From contig JBOHFI010000028.1 of assembly GCA_050699595.1 (NCBI GenBank), forward strand, positions 2,427 through 66,426: 64,000 nt of DNA, written 5' to 3'. Source of the DNA: Pseudonocardiaceae bacterium. GTDB taxonomy: Bacteria > Actinomycetota > Actinomycetes > Mycobacteriales > Pseudonocardiaceae. Of this stretch, positions 1 to 8,462 are shown one piece after another. Every line of letters begins with the position of its first letter. Position 1 is the first letter of the stretch. The position numbers and the translations under genes were made by a program. Below the pieces are notes generated by a model. It searched no databases and was not told the origin of the DNA. It saw only the letters and a list, made by a program, of their open reading frames with translations.

Positions 1-2
1 CC

Positions 3-233
3 AGGGCGTTGCGCGCGGGTGGCTTCCCCGCCGCCGACTACATCGGCTCCGGTGGCCTGTATCCCCGCGCGGACCTCGCCGGGCTGAATCTGACCCAGAT
101 CCCGGCGGCGCTGGTCGAGTGCGCCAACATGCGCAACCCGCAAGAGGCCGCGCTGGTGTCCACACCGCAGGGCCGGGCCCGCTACGCGGCGGCCATCGCC
201 GACGGCATCATGGCCTGGCTCACCTCGCGGTGA
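3..233 (+). CDS. cell-wall amidase (N-acetylmuramoyl-L-alanine amidase-like), C-terminal part; 5' end lies outside the window
   Basis: Frame is open from the window edge to TGA at 231-233. Translation ...GLNLTQIPAALVECANMRNPQEAALVSTPQGRARYAAAIADGIMAWL resembles the conserved C-terminal block of Amidase_3-type enzymes. Confidence 0.55.
   Translation, partial: RALRAGGFPAADYIGSGGLYPRADLAGLNLTQIPAALVECANMRNPQEAALVSTPQGRARYAAAIADGIMAWLTSR
129..190 (+). repeat. direct repeat copy 1 (inside the intact amidase 3' end); partner at 4351-4410
   Basis: atgcgcaaccc...gcgctggtgtccacaccgc...cccgctacgcggc recurs at 4351-4410. By hand alignment there are about 5-6 substitutions and a 1-2 nt indel. Confidence 0.7.
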
Positions 234-621
234 GTACCTCGCACAACCGAAAGGGGACGCAAGAACGGGAGACGATCTCCCGCGAGTCGGGCCAGGGACA
301 TTGGGCGCGGTGCAGTGGCAGGTTGCTCGGACGGCACCACAGCAAGATCGAGCGTAATGGTGACGCCGCCGATTATCGGGCTTGTTGTGAGCCCGCAGCG
401 TGACACGGTGACAAAACGTCACCGGCTGACAACCGACGATGGTCCGTGTCTCATCAAGTGAAGCCACCGGCGTAACCTACTTATCTGAAGCCGCACATTT
501 TTGTCCCACCCTCGAAATGTGTGTTACGTCCGTTTTATGGCTCTGCCTGGCCGGTGAGGGTGTGCTGGGCTGCCAGGGTAGAGCTATTGTCGTCGCTCAA
601 GCCGTCCCTGGAGAGACTTCG

Positions 622-3276
622 GTGACCACGACCGCGGTGATCCTCGGGATCCTCGTGGGGGTCCTGATGGTGATCTTGCTTGCGCGGGTGGGCAGGCTGC
701 GGGCCTCGGTGGTCGAGCTGCCTCTGACGCCTCCGGTCGGGAAGCCGGTTGTCGACCCCGCTGTGGAGGCGCTCGCTGTGGAGAAGACAGCCTGGTTCCC
801 GGCCGAGCCGACGCGGTTCGTCGGCCGTGCTGAGGTGATGGACGCGGCCGGTACCGCGTTGGGCCCGGCTTCCGGGCGTGCCGCGGTGGTGTTCCAGGGG
901 ATGGCCGGGGTGGGCAAGACCACGTGCGCGGTGGAGCTGGCCTACCGTCGGCAGCGCGGCTTCGTCGCGTTGGCGTTCTGGTCCGCACCCACCGATCCGG
1001 ACCAGTTCGGTGATGCGTTGCGCCTGTTGGCGGTGGCGTTGGCGGCGCAACTCGGGGATTACGGGGTCGTGCTGCTCGAGGAGATCGCCACCCTGGAGCG
1101 GCTGCGGAATTTCCTGCCCACCCTCACCGCCGTCTTCGCCGACGCGGGACTGCTGCTGGTCATGGACGATCTCGACACCTTGCTCACCTCGGATGGCCAG
1201 TGGCGCGACCGTCGCTGGGAGCTGCTGATCAGCGCCCTCACCGGCCACCAGGGGTCCTCGCGGGTGATTTTGACCAGCCGGATCGTGCCGGCTGGACTGA
1301 ACCCCGACACGGTGTTGATCCGGACGGTGCACGCGCTGTCCCGGGACGAGTCCCTCATACTGGTCGGGGAGCTGCCCAACCTGCGGGTATTGCTGCGCGA
1401 TGTGGCGCTGGCCCGCTGTGTGCTCACACTGACACAGGGCCATCCCACCCTGCTGGAGCTCGCCGACGCGGCCGCAGCCGACCCGCCCCGGCTGGCCTAC
1501 CAACTGGCTGAGATCGAAGCGGCGGTGGACGGGGCGGCTGTGGACGGGGCGGCGCGGGCGGCGTTCCTCACCCAGGGCCACACCAGGCTGGACGCCGAAC
1601 AGTTGCGGCGGACCTTCACCACGTGGACCAGCACCGTCGCCGCGACGGCGCCCGCTCCGGCGCGGCTGCTGTTGCAAGCGTTGTGCCGGATCGAGGAGAC
1701 CGACCGGAACACGGCCGTCGTCGGCGCGAACTGGCCTGCCCTGTGGCGGCGCTGGGACCAGCCCGGTGAACCACCACCACTCGCCTCGGCGCTCGCGCCA
1801 CTGATCACCGCCGCACTGATCGCCACCGACCCGATCGATGATCCGAACGAGCCCGTGCACTACCGGATCCACCCCGACGTCGCCGAGGCCATCCACGCGG
1901 TCACCCCGGAGCCGGTCACCGCCGCGGTCGATGCGCAACTCGCCGCCTGGTGGACCGCCGTCGTCGGAGGCTGGGGGATCGAACAACAGCCCACCAGCAA
2001 GGACACCGACCACGTCATGCTGCGGGCCAGCCTGGCCGCCGCCCGTTACCTCCTACGCCGACACGACTGGAACGCCGCCAGTTGCCTACTCGAACGAGCC
2101 CTGATCCGGGACGGTTACTCCCCGGTCACCTCGCTTGCCGTCATCCCCCTGCTGCGGCGCATCGCCGAGGCCACCGGCGCTCTCAAAGACCTCATCGTGC
2201 TCGCCGCCGCTGCGCGGAAGGTGGATCCCGGTGCGGCCGAAACCCTGCTGCGCCGCGCCTACGACCAGGCCAGGGCCGACGGTGAATACGGGCTCGCCTC
2301 CACCACCGCCGGTGATCTGGTCACTCTGCTGCGTGACCAGGGCAGGCTGCACGAGGCTCTCACCCTGGCCGGCCAGAAGATCGAGCACACCCGCCGAGCC
2401 GGGTTCGGGTCCTGGACCCAGCTCAGCGACCAAGGCCGGCGGCTGCAGATACTCACTCTGCTCGGCCACCATGAGCAGGTCCTCATCGCCCTGCCCGCGT
2501 TGCGGGCTCAGATGGCGCAGCTGCCCGACCAGCGCGCCCACAACGACCGCGTGAACCCGTGGAACGCCCGGGAGGGCGTTCTGGACATCGGCCGGTTGTC
2601 CGCCGTAGCCCTGGAGCGCTGGGACGACGCGCTCGACCTCAACGACGAGATCGCCACCACCCAGCGACGGCGCGGCGCCAGCCCCCACGAGATCGCCCGC
2701 ACCCGGTTCACCGATTACCTGCCCCTGCGTCACCTCGGGCGGTTCACCGACGCTGACCACCTCCTGCGCGACTGCCAGGACGCCTTCGCCACCGCCGGTG
2801 ACATGACCCAGCTCGCCCTGGTCTATGGCGCCCGCGCCGATCTGGAAGACACCCGGCACCACCCGGTCGACGCCGCCGACCTCCAGCGCACCTCGCTGCG
2901 CCTGCGCTACCTCCGCCCCGACCCCCGCGAGATCTCCACAGCGCACCACACCCTCGCCGACTACCTGTCCCGCGCCGCCGGGGACCCCGCCGAGCAACGC
3001 GCCCACCGCCTCACCGCCGCACTCCTCAACCACCTCACCGGCGACACCCGCGAACTCACCAGGACACTCCAGATACTGGCCGGCGAGCTCCGCGGCGACG
3101 CCGGCTGTCCCGGTACACCGGCGCTTCCCACGACCCTGGCCGAGGTCACCCGCCTGGTCGACGCCGATGACGGGATCCGTCTCGGCGATCTCGTGGCCAT
3201 TCTGTGCCCCGACCCCGCCACCGCCGAGCACTCCCTGACCGACCTGTTAACGATCTTGATCAGGTACCTCGCGTAG
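622..3276 (+). CDS. membrane-anchored STAND NTPase (NB-ARC-like P-loop) with long helical/TPR-like C-terminal region
   Basis: ORF 439..3276. The likely start is GTG 622, preceded by ggagag; the sequence upstream is AT-richer and looks non-coding. N-terminal TM helix TTAVILGILVGVLMVILLA, Walker A GMAGVGKTT, Walker B LLLVMDDLD, then about 550 aa of Leu/Ala-rich helical repeats. Confidence 0.75.
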   Translation: MTTTAVILGILVGVLMVILLARVGRLRASVVELPLTPPVGKPVVDPAVEALAVEKTAWFPAEPTRFVGRAEVMDAAGTALGPASGRAAVVFQGMAGVGKTTCAVELAYRRQRGFVALAFWSAPTDPDQFGDALRLLAVALAAQLGDYGVVLLEEIATLERLRNFLPTLTAVFADAGLLLVMDDLDTLLTSDGQWRDRRWELLISALTGHQGSSRVILTSRIVPAGLNPDTVLIRTVHALSRDESLILVGELPNLRVLLRDVALARCVLTLTQGHPTLLELADAAAADPPRLAYQLAEIEAAVDGAAVDGAARAAFLTQGHTRLDAEQLRRTFTTWTSTVAATAPAPARLLLQALCRIEETDRNTAVVGANWPALWRRWDQPGEPPPLASALAPLITAALIATDPIDDPNEPVHYRIHPDVAEAIHAVTPEPVTAAVDAQLAAWWTAVVGGWGIEQQPTSKDTDHVMLRASLAAARYLLRRHDWNAASCLLERALIRDGYSPVTSLAVIPLLRRIAEATGALKDLIVLAAAARKVDPGAAETLLRRAYDQARADGEYGLASTTAGDLVTLLRDQGRLHEALTLAGQKIEHTRRAGFGSWTQLSDQGRRLQILTLLGHHEQVLIALPALRAQMAQLPDQRAHNDRVNPWNAREGVLDIGRLSAVALERWDDALDLNDEIATTQRRRGASPHEIARTRFTDYLPLRHLGRFTDADHLLRDCQDAFATAGDMTQLALVYGARADLEDTRHHPVDAADLQRTSLRLRYLRPDPREISTAHHTLADYLSRAAGDPAEQRAHRLTAALLNHLTGDTRELTRTLQILAGELRGDAGCPGTPALPTTLAEVTRLVDADDGIRLGDLVAILCPDPATAEHSLTDLLTILIRYLA

Positions 3277-3289
3277 CCAGGATAGGACG

Positions 3290-3799
3290 GGGGTCGTGCG
3301 GGTCGGCTCAGCAGGACGTTGTCCGCTCGGATATCGGCGTGGACGAGTGTGTCGCCGGTCAGGGCCCCCAGCCCTCGATCAGCCAGCGCGCGGAGTTCGT
3401 CCAGATGTCGTGCGGCCCACGGGTGAAGATCGGCGGGGGGATCAGCGGAGATGCGGTGCCAGCCTCCGAAGTTCTCGGCGAGTAAGTCAGCCGCCGTCGT
3501 CAGACCGGGCAGTGGCGGTGGGGTCAGCGACTCCGCGAGGTCGTCCGCGCCTCTTGGCGGTGCAATTCGGGACTGCGCTCGTTCTGCGCCGGACTCACCG
3601 CTTTCACGAACGCGCGCCTGCCGTCGGCGGTCCGGACCCGGTCGGCCGTTCCGGGCGAGAACCCGCCGACTTGCGACACCGCCTCGACGACGACACCCCC
3701 CACAATCACCTCCACGTCGCTACGGACCTCGTGCGGGAGCTCGGCCCACCCGATCCGCACGCCCGACGCACTGGTCATGCACGAGATGCCGGCATCCAA
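3290..3799 (-). pseudogene. aminoglycoside/choline-kinase-type phosphotransferase (APH family) remnant: frameshifted, internally shortened and 3'-truncated
   Basis: ORF 3524..3799 gives the N-lobe (GGFSPGTADRVRTADGRRAFVKAVS). A different minus-strand frame at 3300-3480 gives LHPWAARHLDELRAL...GDTLVHADIRADNVLL, the catalytic HxDxxxxN loop. Similarity stops where the STAND gene ends. Confidence 0.5.
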
Positions 3800-3880
3800 C
3801 CCCGCGCTGCCGCAGCCGCTTCTCGCAGCTCTTGCGCACGATTACGAGCACTGGGGTTGATGATCGCCGAAGACGTCATG

Positions 3881-4282
3881 TCAGCCTTGTCTCCGATGGC
3901 GAACACGGTCCGCTGAGACCACGTAACGCACCCGTTGCTCGCCTTCGTTGCGGAAGGGGTACCGATCCTGGCCGAGGTATTTCTTGGCTAGCCGGTCGAT
4001 CTGCTCATCCGCGCCGTCGGTGGTGCGGGTCGCGGTGCCGCGAACCTCGACGTAGTCGTAGGGGTTGTCCTGCGCGAAAACGACGACAGTGACATGCGGG
4101 TCGGCATCGAGATTCCTCGGCCAGCGCCGCCCGACGGCGCTGTTGACCTGGAGAGCCCCGTCAGCGACCTCCTGCCACACGACGGTGCTGTGGATGGATC
4201 CGTCCGGGTTGACGGTCGAGATCACGGCATGGTTGGGCGCGTCCAGCAACGCCTTCACGGCAGGGTCGTCGAGAGTCGCCAT
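3881..4282 (-). CDS. PPOX-class (pyridoxamine 5'-phosphate oxidase-like / F420-dependent) flavoenzyme
   Basis: Internal ATG at 4282 gives MATLDDPAVKALLDAPNHAVISTVNPDGSIHSTVVW...YVEVRGTA, typical of split-barrel PPOX-family proteins. The upstream part of ORF 3881..4471 is Arg/Pro-rich junk. Confidence 0.8.
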   Translation of the reverse strand: MATLDDPAVKALLDAPNHAVISTVNPDGSIHSTVVWQEVADGALQVNSAVGRRWPRNLDADPHVTVVVFAQDNPYDYVEVRGTATRTTDGADEQIDRLAKKYLGQDRYPFRNEGEQRVRYVVSADRVRHRRQG

Positions 4283-4350
4283 GCACCCGAGCCTACGACC
4301 GCACCCCTGAAGCTCGGTGAGCGACCGGCGCCGTTCGGCACGGTCTCGGC

Positions 4351-4410
4351 ATGCGCAACCCCTAGGAGGCTGCGCTGGTGTCCACACCGCGGGGCCGCCC
4401 GCTACGCGGC
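4351..4410 (+). repeat. direct repeat copy 2: displaced, decayed amidase 3' end
   Basis: Aligns to 129-190. It reads atg cgc aac ccc TAG in the amidase frame, so it is non-coding. Confidence 0.7.
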
Positions 4411-4457
4411 TGAGGCTGTTCGCTGACGCGTTGGGACGGTGTGTTCGACGAAGACGG

Positions 4458-4760
4458 GTCCAGGTCGCCACGAAACCTCGTCGCTTCGCCGACTATCAGG
4501 CGGGGAATCTTGAATAGTAGGATTGCTCCTGAGCGAATTTCACACGGCGATAAGGCAGTATACAACGTCATGTTGCCGTAGGGCTCCCGGCGACCGCCAT
4601 TCCGCAGGCAGGAAATCTCGCCGCGCGCAATCGGGTCGCCCCTCTGAACCCGCTCATTATGGCCAGATGTCGACAGCGTATCTCCACGGGCGAGTACGGC
4701 CCCGATCGGCACTCCACCTTCGGACAGCGACTCCCGAGCTTCATGGATGGCGATTTCCAT
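4458..4760 (-). pseudogene. cytidine/deoxycytidylate-type (CDA fold) deaminase remnant with lost zinc ligands and truncated C-terminus
   Basis: MEIAIHEARESLSEGGVPIGAVL...GHNERVQRGDPIARGEISCLRN...TLYTALSPCEIRSGAILLFKIPRLIVGE. The expected H-A-E reads A-R-G-E and the expected P-C-x-x-C reads P-C-E-I-R-S. Similarity ends at about residue 100. Confidence 0.55.
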
Positions 4761-4793
4761 TCAGTCGCATGGCTGACTCGTGCAAGGCCATGG

Positions 4794-4931
4794 TCATCGT
4801 GCCACCTGCGCGATCCGGCGTTGGCTCACGCCCTGGCGTCCGAGGAGCCGGTAGACGGTGGCGATGTCGCGGGCGGTCAGCGCGGCGCGCATCTCGTCGC
4901 TGTCGAAGAACTCGGCCTCGATCGGACTCAC
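4794..4931 (-). pseudogene. 45-codon N-terminal fragment of an XRE-type HTH regulator
   Basis: GTG 4931 ... TGA 4794 gives VSPIEAEFFDSDEMRAALTARDIATVYRLLGRQGVSQRRIAQVAR*. This resembles the start of actinomycete XRE regulators but stops inside the HTH. Confidence 0.35.
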
Positions 4932-5038
4932 CGATGGTTACCTCCCTCTCTGGGTGTGGAGGCACCTGGTGCCGGGGATTCGGGGAGCTGCACGCGGATA
5001 AGCAGTCGTTGCTTTTGCCCGCGCCCGCCGCCTCTCTC

Positions 5039-6542
5039 ATGGGTTTGAGGACCTTGCGGCGCAGCCTGGGTTTGCGCCTGGCCACCTACCGCCACGCGGC
5101 CGGTGTCTCGCAACCCGAGTTGGCTCACGCTCTCGGTCGGACTCGGACCACGATCTCGAAGGTCGAGCACGGCACGCGCGGGATGCCCGAGGAGCAGTGG
5201 AAGATCACCGACGAGGTGTGCCGTGCTGAGGGTGCCCTGGTGAGCGAGCACGCCACACTGGCGCAGGCCGAGCAGGACTACCGTTGGTCGGTGGCGCACC
5301 CAGCAGCGTCAGGCGCGGCAAGCGGCGGCGCAGGCCGGCGCGGATGCCCTCCGGGCCTCGCCCCCACACGCGGGGGAGCGTGGCCAGGTGGGTGGGCTCG
5401 ATGCATGGCCGCAGACGAGAGGTGTGGGCAGTGAGTTGGCCGAGGAGTTAATGCGGGAGGTGGTCGCGACATTGGCGCGGTCCCTGGGTCGTCGCGAGGC
5501 GCTGCGCGTCGCCAGATGGGCGCTGGCGGCCATGGGTCTGTCTGGCCTGGATGCTGACGAGTGCGCCCGGGTAGCACAGGCCCTGGACACTCCGCATCGG
5601 GTAGACCCCCATGTGGTGAATAACCTGGCGACCACGCTGGCCTATTGCAAGCGTCAAGAAGACACGCTCGGGCCGTGTGAGGTGCTGGATACGGTCGTTG
5701 CGCAGCATGGGATTGTGCGTCGTCTGCTGAAGGGTGGCTGCTCGGAGGGGTTACGCAGGTCGCTGAAGACGGTGGACAGCAACATGGCAACCACGATCGG
5801 TCACTACTTCCTGGATATGGGCCACCCTGACGGGGCCACACGCTACTTCGAGCGTGCCCGCCGAGCCGGTCACGACGCCCGTAACCCGGCGTGCGCCGCT
5901 TACGCGGCGTGCTGGGCAAGTTTTGCGGCATTCGAGCGCGGGGACACGCCCGCCGCGCTGGACGCCGCCGCCGCTGCGCGTAGCCTGGCCGCGCGCGCTG
6001 ATGATGTCCGGCTTAAAGCCTTGGCCGAACTGCGAGCTGCCGGAGCCTATGCGCTGGACGGCCAGTTCGGGCCGTGTCTGGCCGCGTGCGCACGGGCTCG
6101 GGAGTTCCTCGCCAGTGCAACTGCGGGTGCCCCCGAGTCACTGGCGTACTGGGTGAACGAGGGCACGCTGGACAAGGATCGCAGCAGATTTCTCTCACTG
6201 CTGGGCAAGCCACGACAGGCCGTCGAAGCCGCAACCCGTGCTTTAGCGCGGTACGAGCGCACCCCTTATGCGCACAGCCGCGCATTCTGTGAGGTGAAAC
6301 TCGGCAACGGGCTCGTGCTGTCCAAGGAGATCCCCGAGGCCGCGCGGGCGCTCGGTGACGTGGCCAGATTCGCGAGCCTCTCGCCACGGCTCACAGCGGA
6401 ACTCCACACCACCCGAGGCCTGATGCAACCCCGGGAGAACACCCAAGCCGTCACCGCACTCGATGCCAGGCTGGAAGCGTACGGAATCATACCCACCGCC
6501 GCGCCGCTCTGGCGGCCCGGGAGTTCTGGTCCGAGTAGCTGA
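5039..6542 (+). pseudogene. XRE-family HTH regulator with C-terminal TPR-like domain; apparent 1-nt frameshift near 5283-5290
   Basis: HTH (LATYRHAAGVSQPELAHALGRTRTTISKVEHG) lies in the frame of ORF 4523..5434. The natural continuation (RWRTQQRQARQAAAQAGADALRASPP... then 380 aa of helical repeats) lies in the frame of ORF 5388..6542. Confidence 0.6.
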
Positions 6543-6764
6543 ACAACCGCGACTCCTGATATGGGTTGTCGCCGTATCCGGGCGTGTGCTGAAGATCGTT
6601 CAGCGTGTCTCCCATGGGGTGAGTGGGGTGATGAAGTCCAGGCGGGTACGGTCTGCGAGGTATTGAGCGTCTGAGATCTCCACGCGCCGTCCGTGCTGGT
6701 CGAGGGAGATTCGCCGGCAACTCAGCATGGGCACACCAGGGTGGAGGTCCCACCCCCGCCGCAC

Positions 6765-6881
6765 GTGGTCCAGGCGATCGCCAGACACACGGACCTCGAC
6801 ATGACGATGAGGATCTACGCACACACCGACCTCGACACGATGCGCGAGGCTCTCGACAAGATCGATTGGGATGCGGAGTGA
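6765..6881 (+). pseudogene. tyrosine recombinase (phage-type integrase) C-terminal remnant
   Basis: ...HVVQAIARHTDLDMTMRIYAHTDLDTMREALDKI resembles the extreme C-terminus of tyrosine integrases (LGH....T...YAH). It ends 90 nt before the partial tRNA-Ser copy. Confidence 0.5.
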
Positions 6882-6970
6882 GCAGCCGTTGCTACATGAC
6901 TGCTACATCCAGGTGTCGAGGTAGTCACCTCGGTGACCATGCGAAGCTCCATAGTGCCTGGTCAGAGGGG

Positions 6971-7024
6971 CGGAAGCGGAGGGATTCGAACCCACGGTGC
7001 CTCTCGGCACGCTCGCTTTCAAGG
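6971..7024 (-). repeat. partial tRNA-Ser copy (3' acceptor to anticodon loop): att-like duplicate
   Basis: cggaagcggagggattcgaacccacggtgcc..cggcacgctcgctttcaagg matches 9904-9957 with 2 mismatches, both in the variable-arm loop. The sequences diverge completely after the anticodon loop. Confidence 0.85.
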
Positions 7025-7268
7025 TCCGGGACACGCCGACCGGCGGCGACCACCTGGGCAGTATGGGCAGCTCACCCGCTTGGTGCGTTCGCCCGCGACC
7101 GTCGCCGACCACGAGCGAACGCCACCACGAATGCAACCGCCTCCGGCCCCTCCCCCGCTCTGCTGCGTGTTGAGCCGCCGCCGGACTCCACTGCTACGGA
7201 GGACTAGCAGTGGGCGCTGTTGCGTTGTGCGAAGCGGCGGCAGTCTGGATCCCGTTCCCGTGGTCTGA

Positions 7269-7450
7269 TCAGATCGCCTGGGTCAGCTCGGTGAAGGCAG
7301 CCACCACCCGCAGCGTTGCGGGTTCCTCGGTTCCGAGTTCGTAGTGGCCGTGGCGGATGTTCTGGACGAACGCGTGCCCGGTGGTGATCACTCGCGCGCA
7401 GCGGAGCTGTTTGAGCCCGCACATCGGTCGCGCCAACTGTAGCCCGATCG
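7269..7450 (-). pseudogene. DDE transposase C-terminal fragment (IS6-like)
   Basis: Minus-strand translation ...LQLARPMCGLKQLRCARVITTGHAFVQNIRHGHYELGTEEPATLRVVAAFTELTQAI* ; the GHAFVQN(L/I)RRGHYEL...AAFxELA tail is typical of IS6-type transposases. No upstream catalytic part is present. Confidence 0.45.
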
Positions 7451-7553
7451 CTGCTATATCGGGACGCCTCCGTGCCCTGGTAACGCGTCCGCGACTTGCT
7501 ACCGCGCCCCGTAGGGAATCTACGCGACTTGTTACCGCGTCCCGTAAGGGTCA

Positions 7554-7895
7554 TCAGGCGGACTCGCGAAGGACCCGTCGAGCGATCTGCTCGACCTGCT
7601 CGACGGTGAGCACCGTCGCGGCGCCGCCTAGCAGGGCGTCGCGTAGGAGCCGACGAATCAGCGCCGACGGTGACACCTGCTCGGCGGTCGCACGCGCTCT
7701 GAGCTGTGTGTCCAGTTCACGGGTGATGCGCAGCGAGAACGCTACATCCAGCGCCGCGGCGTTCTCGGCCGCCTCGATCTCTGCGGCCTCCGCCTCCTCC
7801 TCGCCGTACTCCTCTCGCACCGCCCGCACCTCGGCTGCTAAGGTATCCTCGTCGTAACGGGTGTTCGTGTCATCGCTGCCTCGCTCGTATGTCAT
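7554..7895 (-). CDS. ribbon-helix-helix (CopG/BrnA-like) antitoxin candidate
   Basis: 113 aa with an acidic N-terminal half and C-terminal RITRELDTQLRARATAEQVSPSALIRRLLRDAL (RHH signature). It overlaps the 3' end of the upstream small ORF. Confidence 0.6.
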   Translation of the reverse strand: MTYERGSDDTNTRYDEDTLAAEVRAVREEYGEEEAEAAEIEAAENAAALDVAFSLRITRELDTQLRARATAEQVSPSALIRRLLRDALLGGAATVLTVEQVEQIARRVLRESA

Positions 7896-8193
7896 GGCCA
7901 GGCCTGCCCTTCGTAGTCACGCAGATCGGTGCCGCTCTCTTCCACGCCGTAACCCCGGCGTGCGCGCCACCGGTGGCGATAATCGTGATGACGAACCCAG
8001 CGCTCGGCGAGTAGCCGATGATCCGTACAGCACCGGTGCGGCTCTTTGGATCAGGGTCACGTTCGACCCGGCGCGGATCCGTCGCCGCCTCCAACGTCCA
8101 CGCGGGCTGGATGTTCACCGCGCCGGGGTAGCGGTCACTGCGCCGGCGGATGTACTCCGCGTCCGCGTCTCGCCACCACAGGTCATCCACCAC
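7870..8193 (-). CDS. putative toxin partner (BrnT-like gene order, toxin first); C-terminus possibly frameshifted
   Basis: MVDDLWWRDADAEYIRRRSDRYPGAVNIQPAWTLEAATDPRRVERDPDPKSRTGAVRIIGYSPSAGFVITIIA... An alternative frame at the 3' end reads ESGTDLRDYEGQAWP* and terminates in an ATGA overlap with the antitoxin start at 7895. Confidence 0.4.
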   Translation of the reverse strand: MVDDLWWRDADAEYIRRRSDRYPGAVNIQPAWTLEAATDPRRVERDPDPKSRTGAVRIIGYSPSAGFVITIIATGGAHAGVTAWKRAAPICVTTKGRPGHDIRARQR

Positions 8194-8462
8194 ATGATTG
8201 TCTCACAACGTCTTACGGCGACGTCTGCGGCGAGTGTTCAAGCAGCGATGAGATCGTGCGTGGCGTGGCGGCAGCGGCACTCGCTGGAGCGCGGCCGGGC
8301 TACGTGATCCGCTCACCGCGCGTGCCGCACGACTGCTGGGCCGCCCCACCGGGAAGGACATCACCCGGGCCACTCACCGGCCCAGCGCCACTCTATATTA
8401 GATTCACTTGAGGTATTCTGCAGGATAGTGAACTCACCGCTTCCATCGTTCCAGGGTCTGTA

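Larger units (their letters stand above)
234..4350. mobile_element. putative ~4.1-kb inserted segment bounded by the amidase 3'-end repeat; no recombinase gene remains
   Basis: Bounded by the 129-190 / 4351-4410 repeat. The distal copy is non-functional because it has an in-frame TAG. Cargo is a STAND NTPase, a decayed kinase and a PPOX-family gene. Confidence 0.4.

Noticed and set aside
535-2013. 492-aa minus-strand ORF antisense to the STAND NTPase gene
   Set aside because: It is a typical high-GC shadow ORF. The translation is Arg/Pro/Gly-rich low complexity with no motifs, and the plus strand carries clear P-loop motifs.
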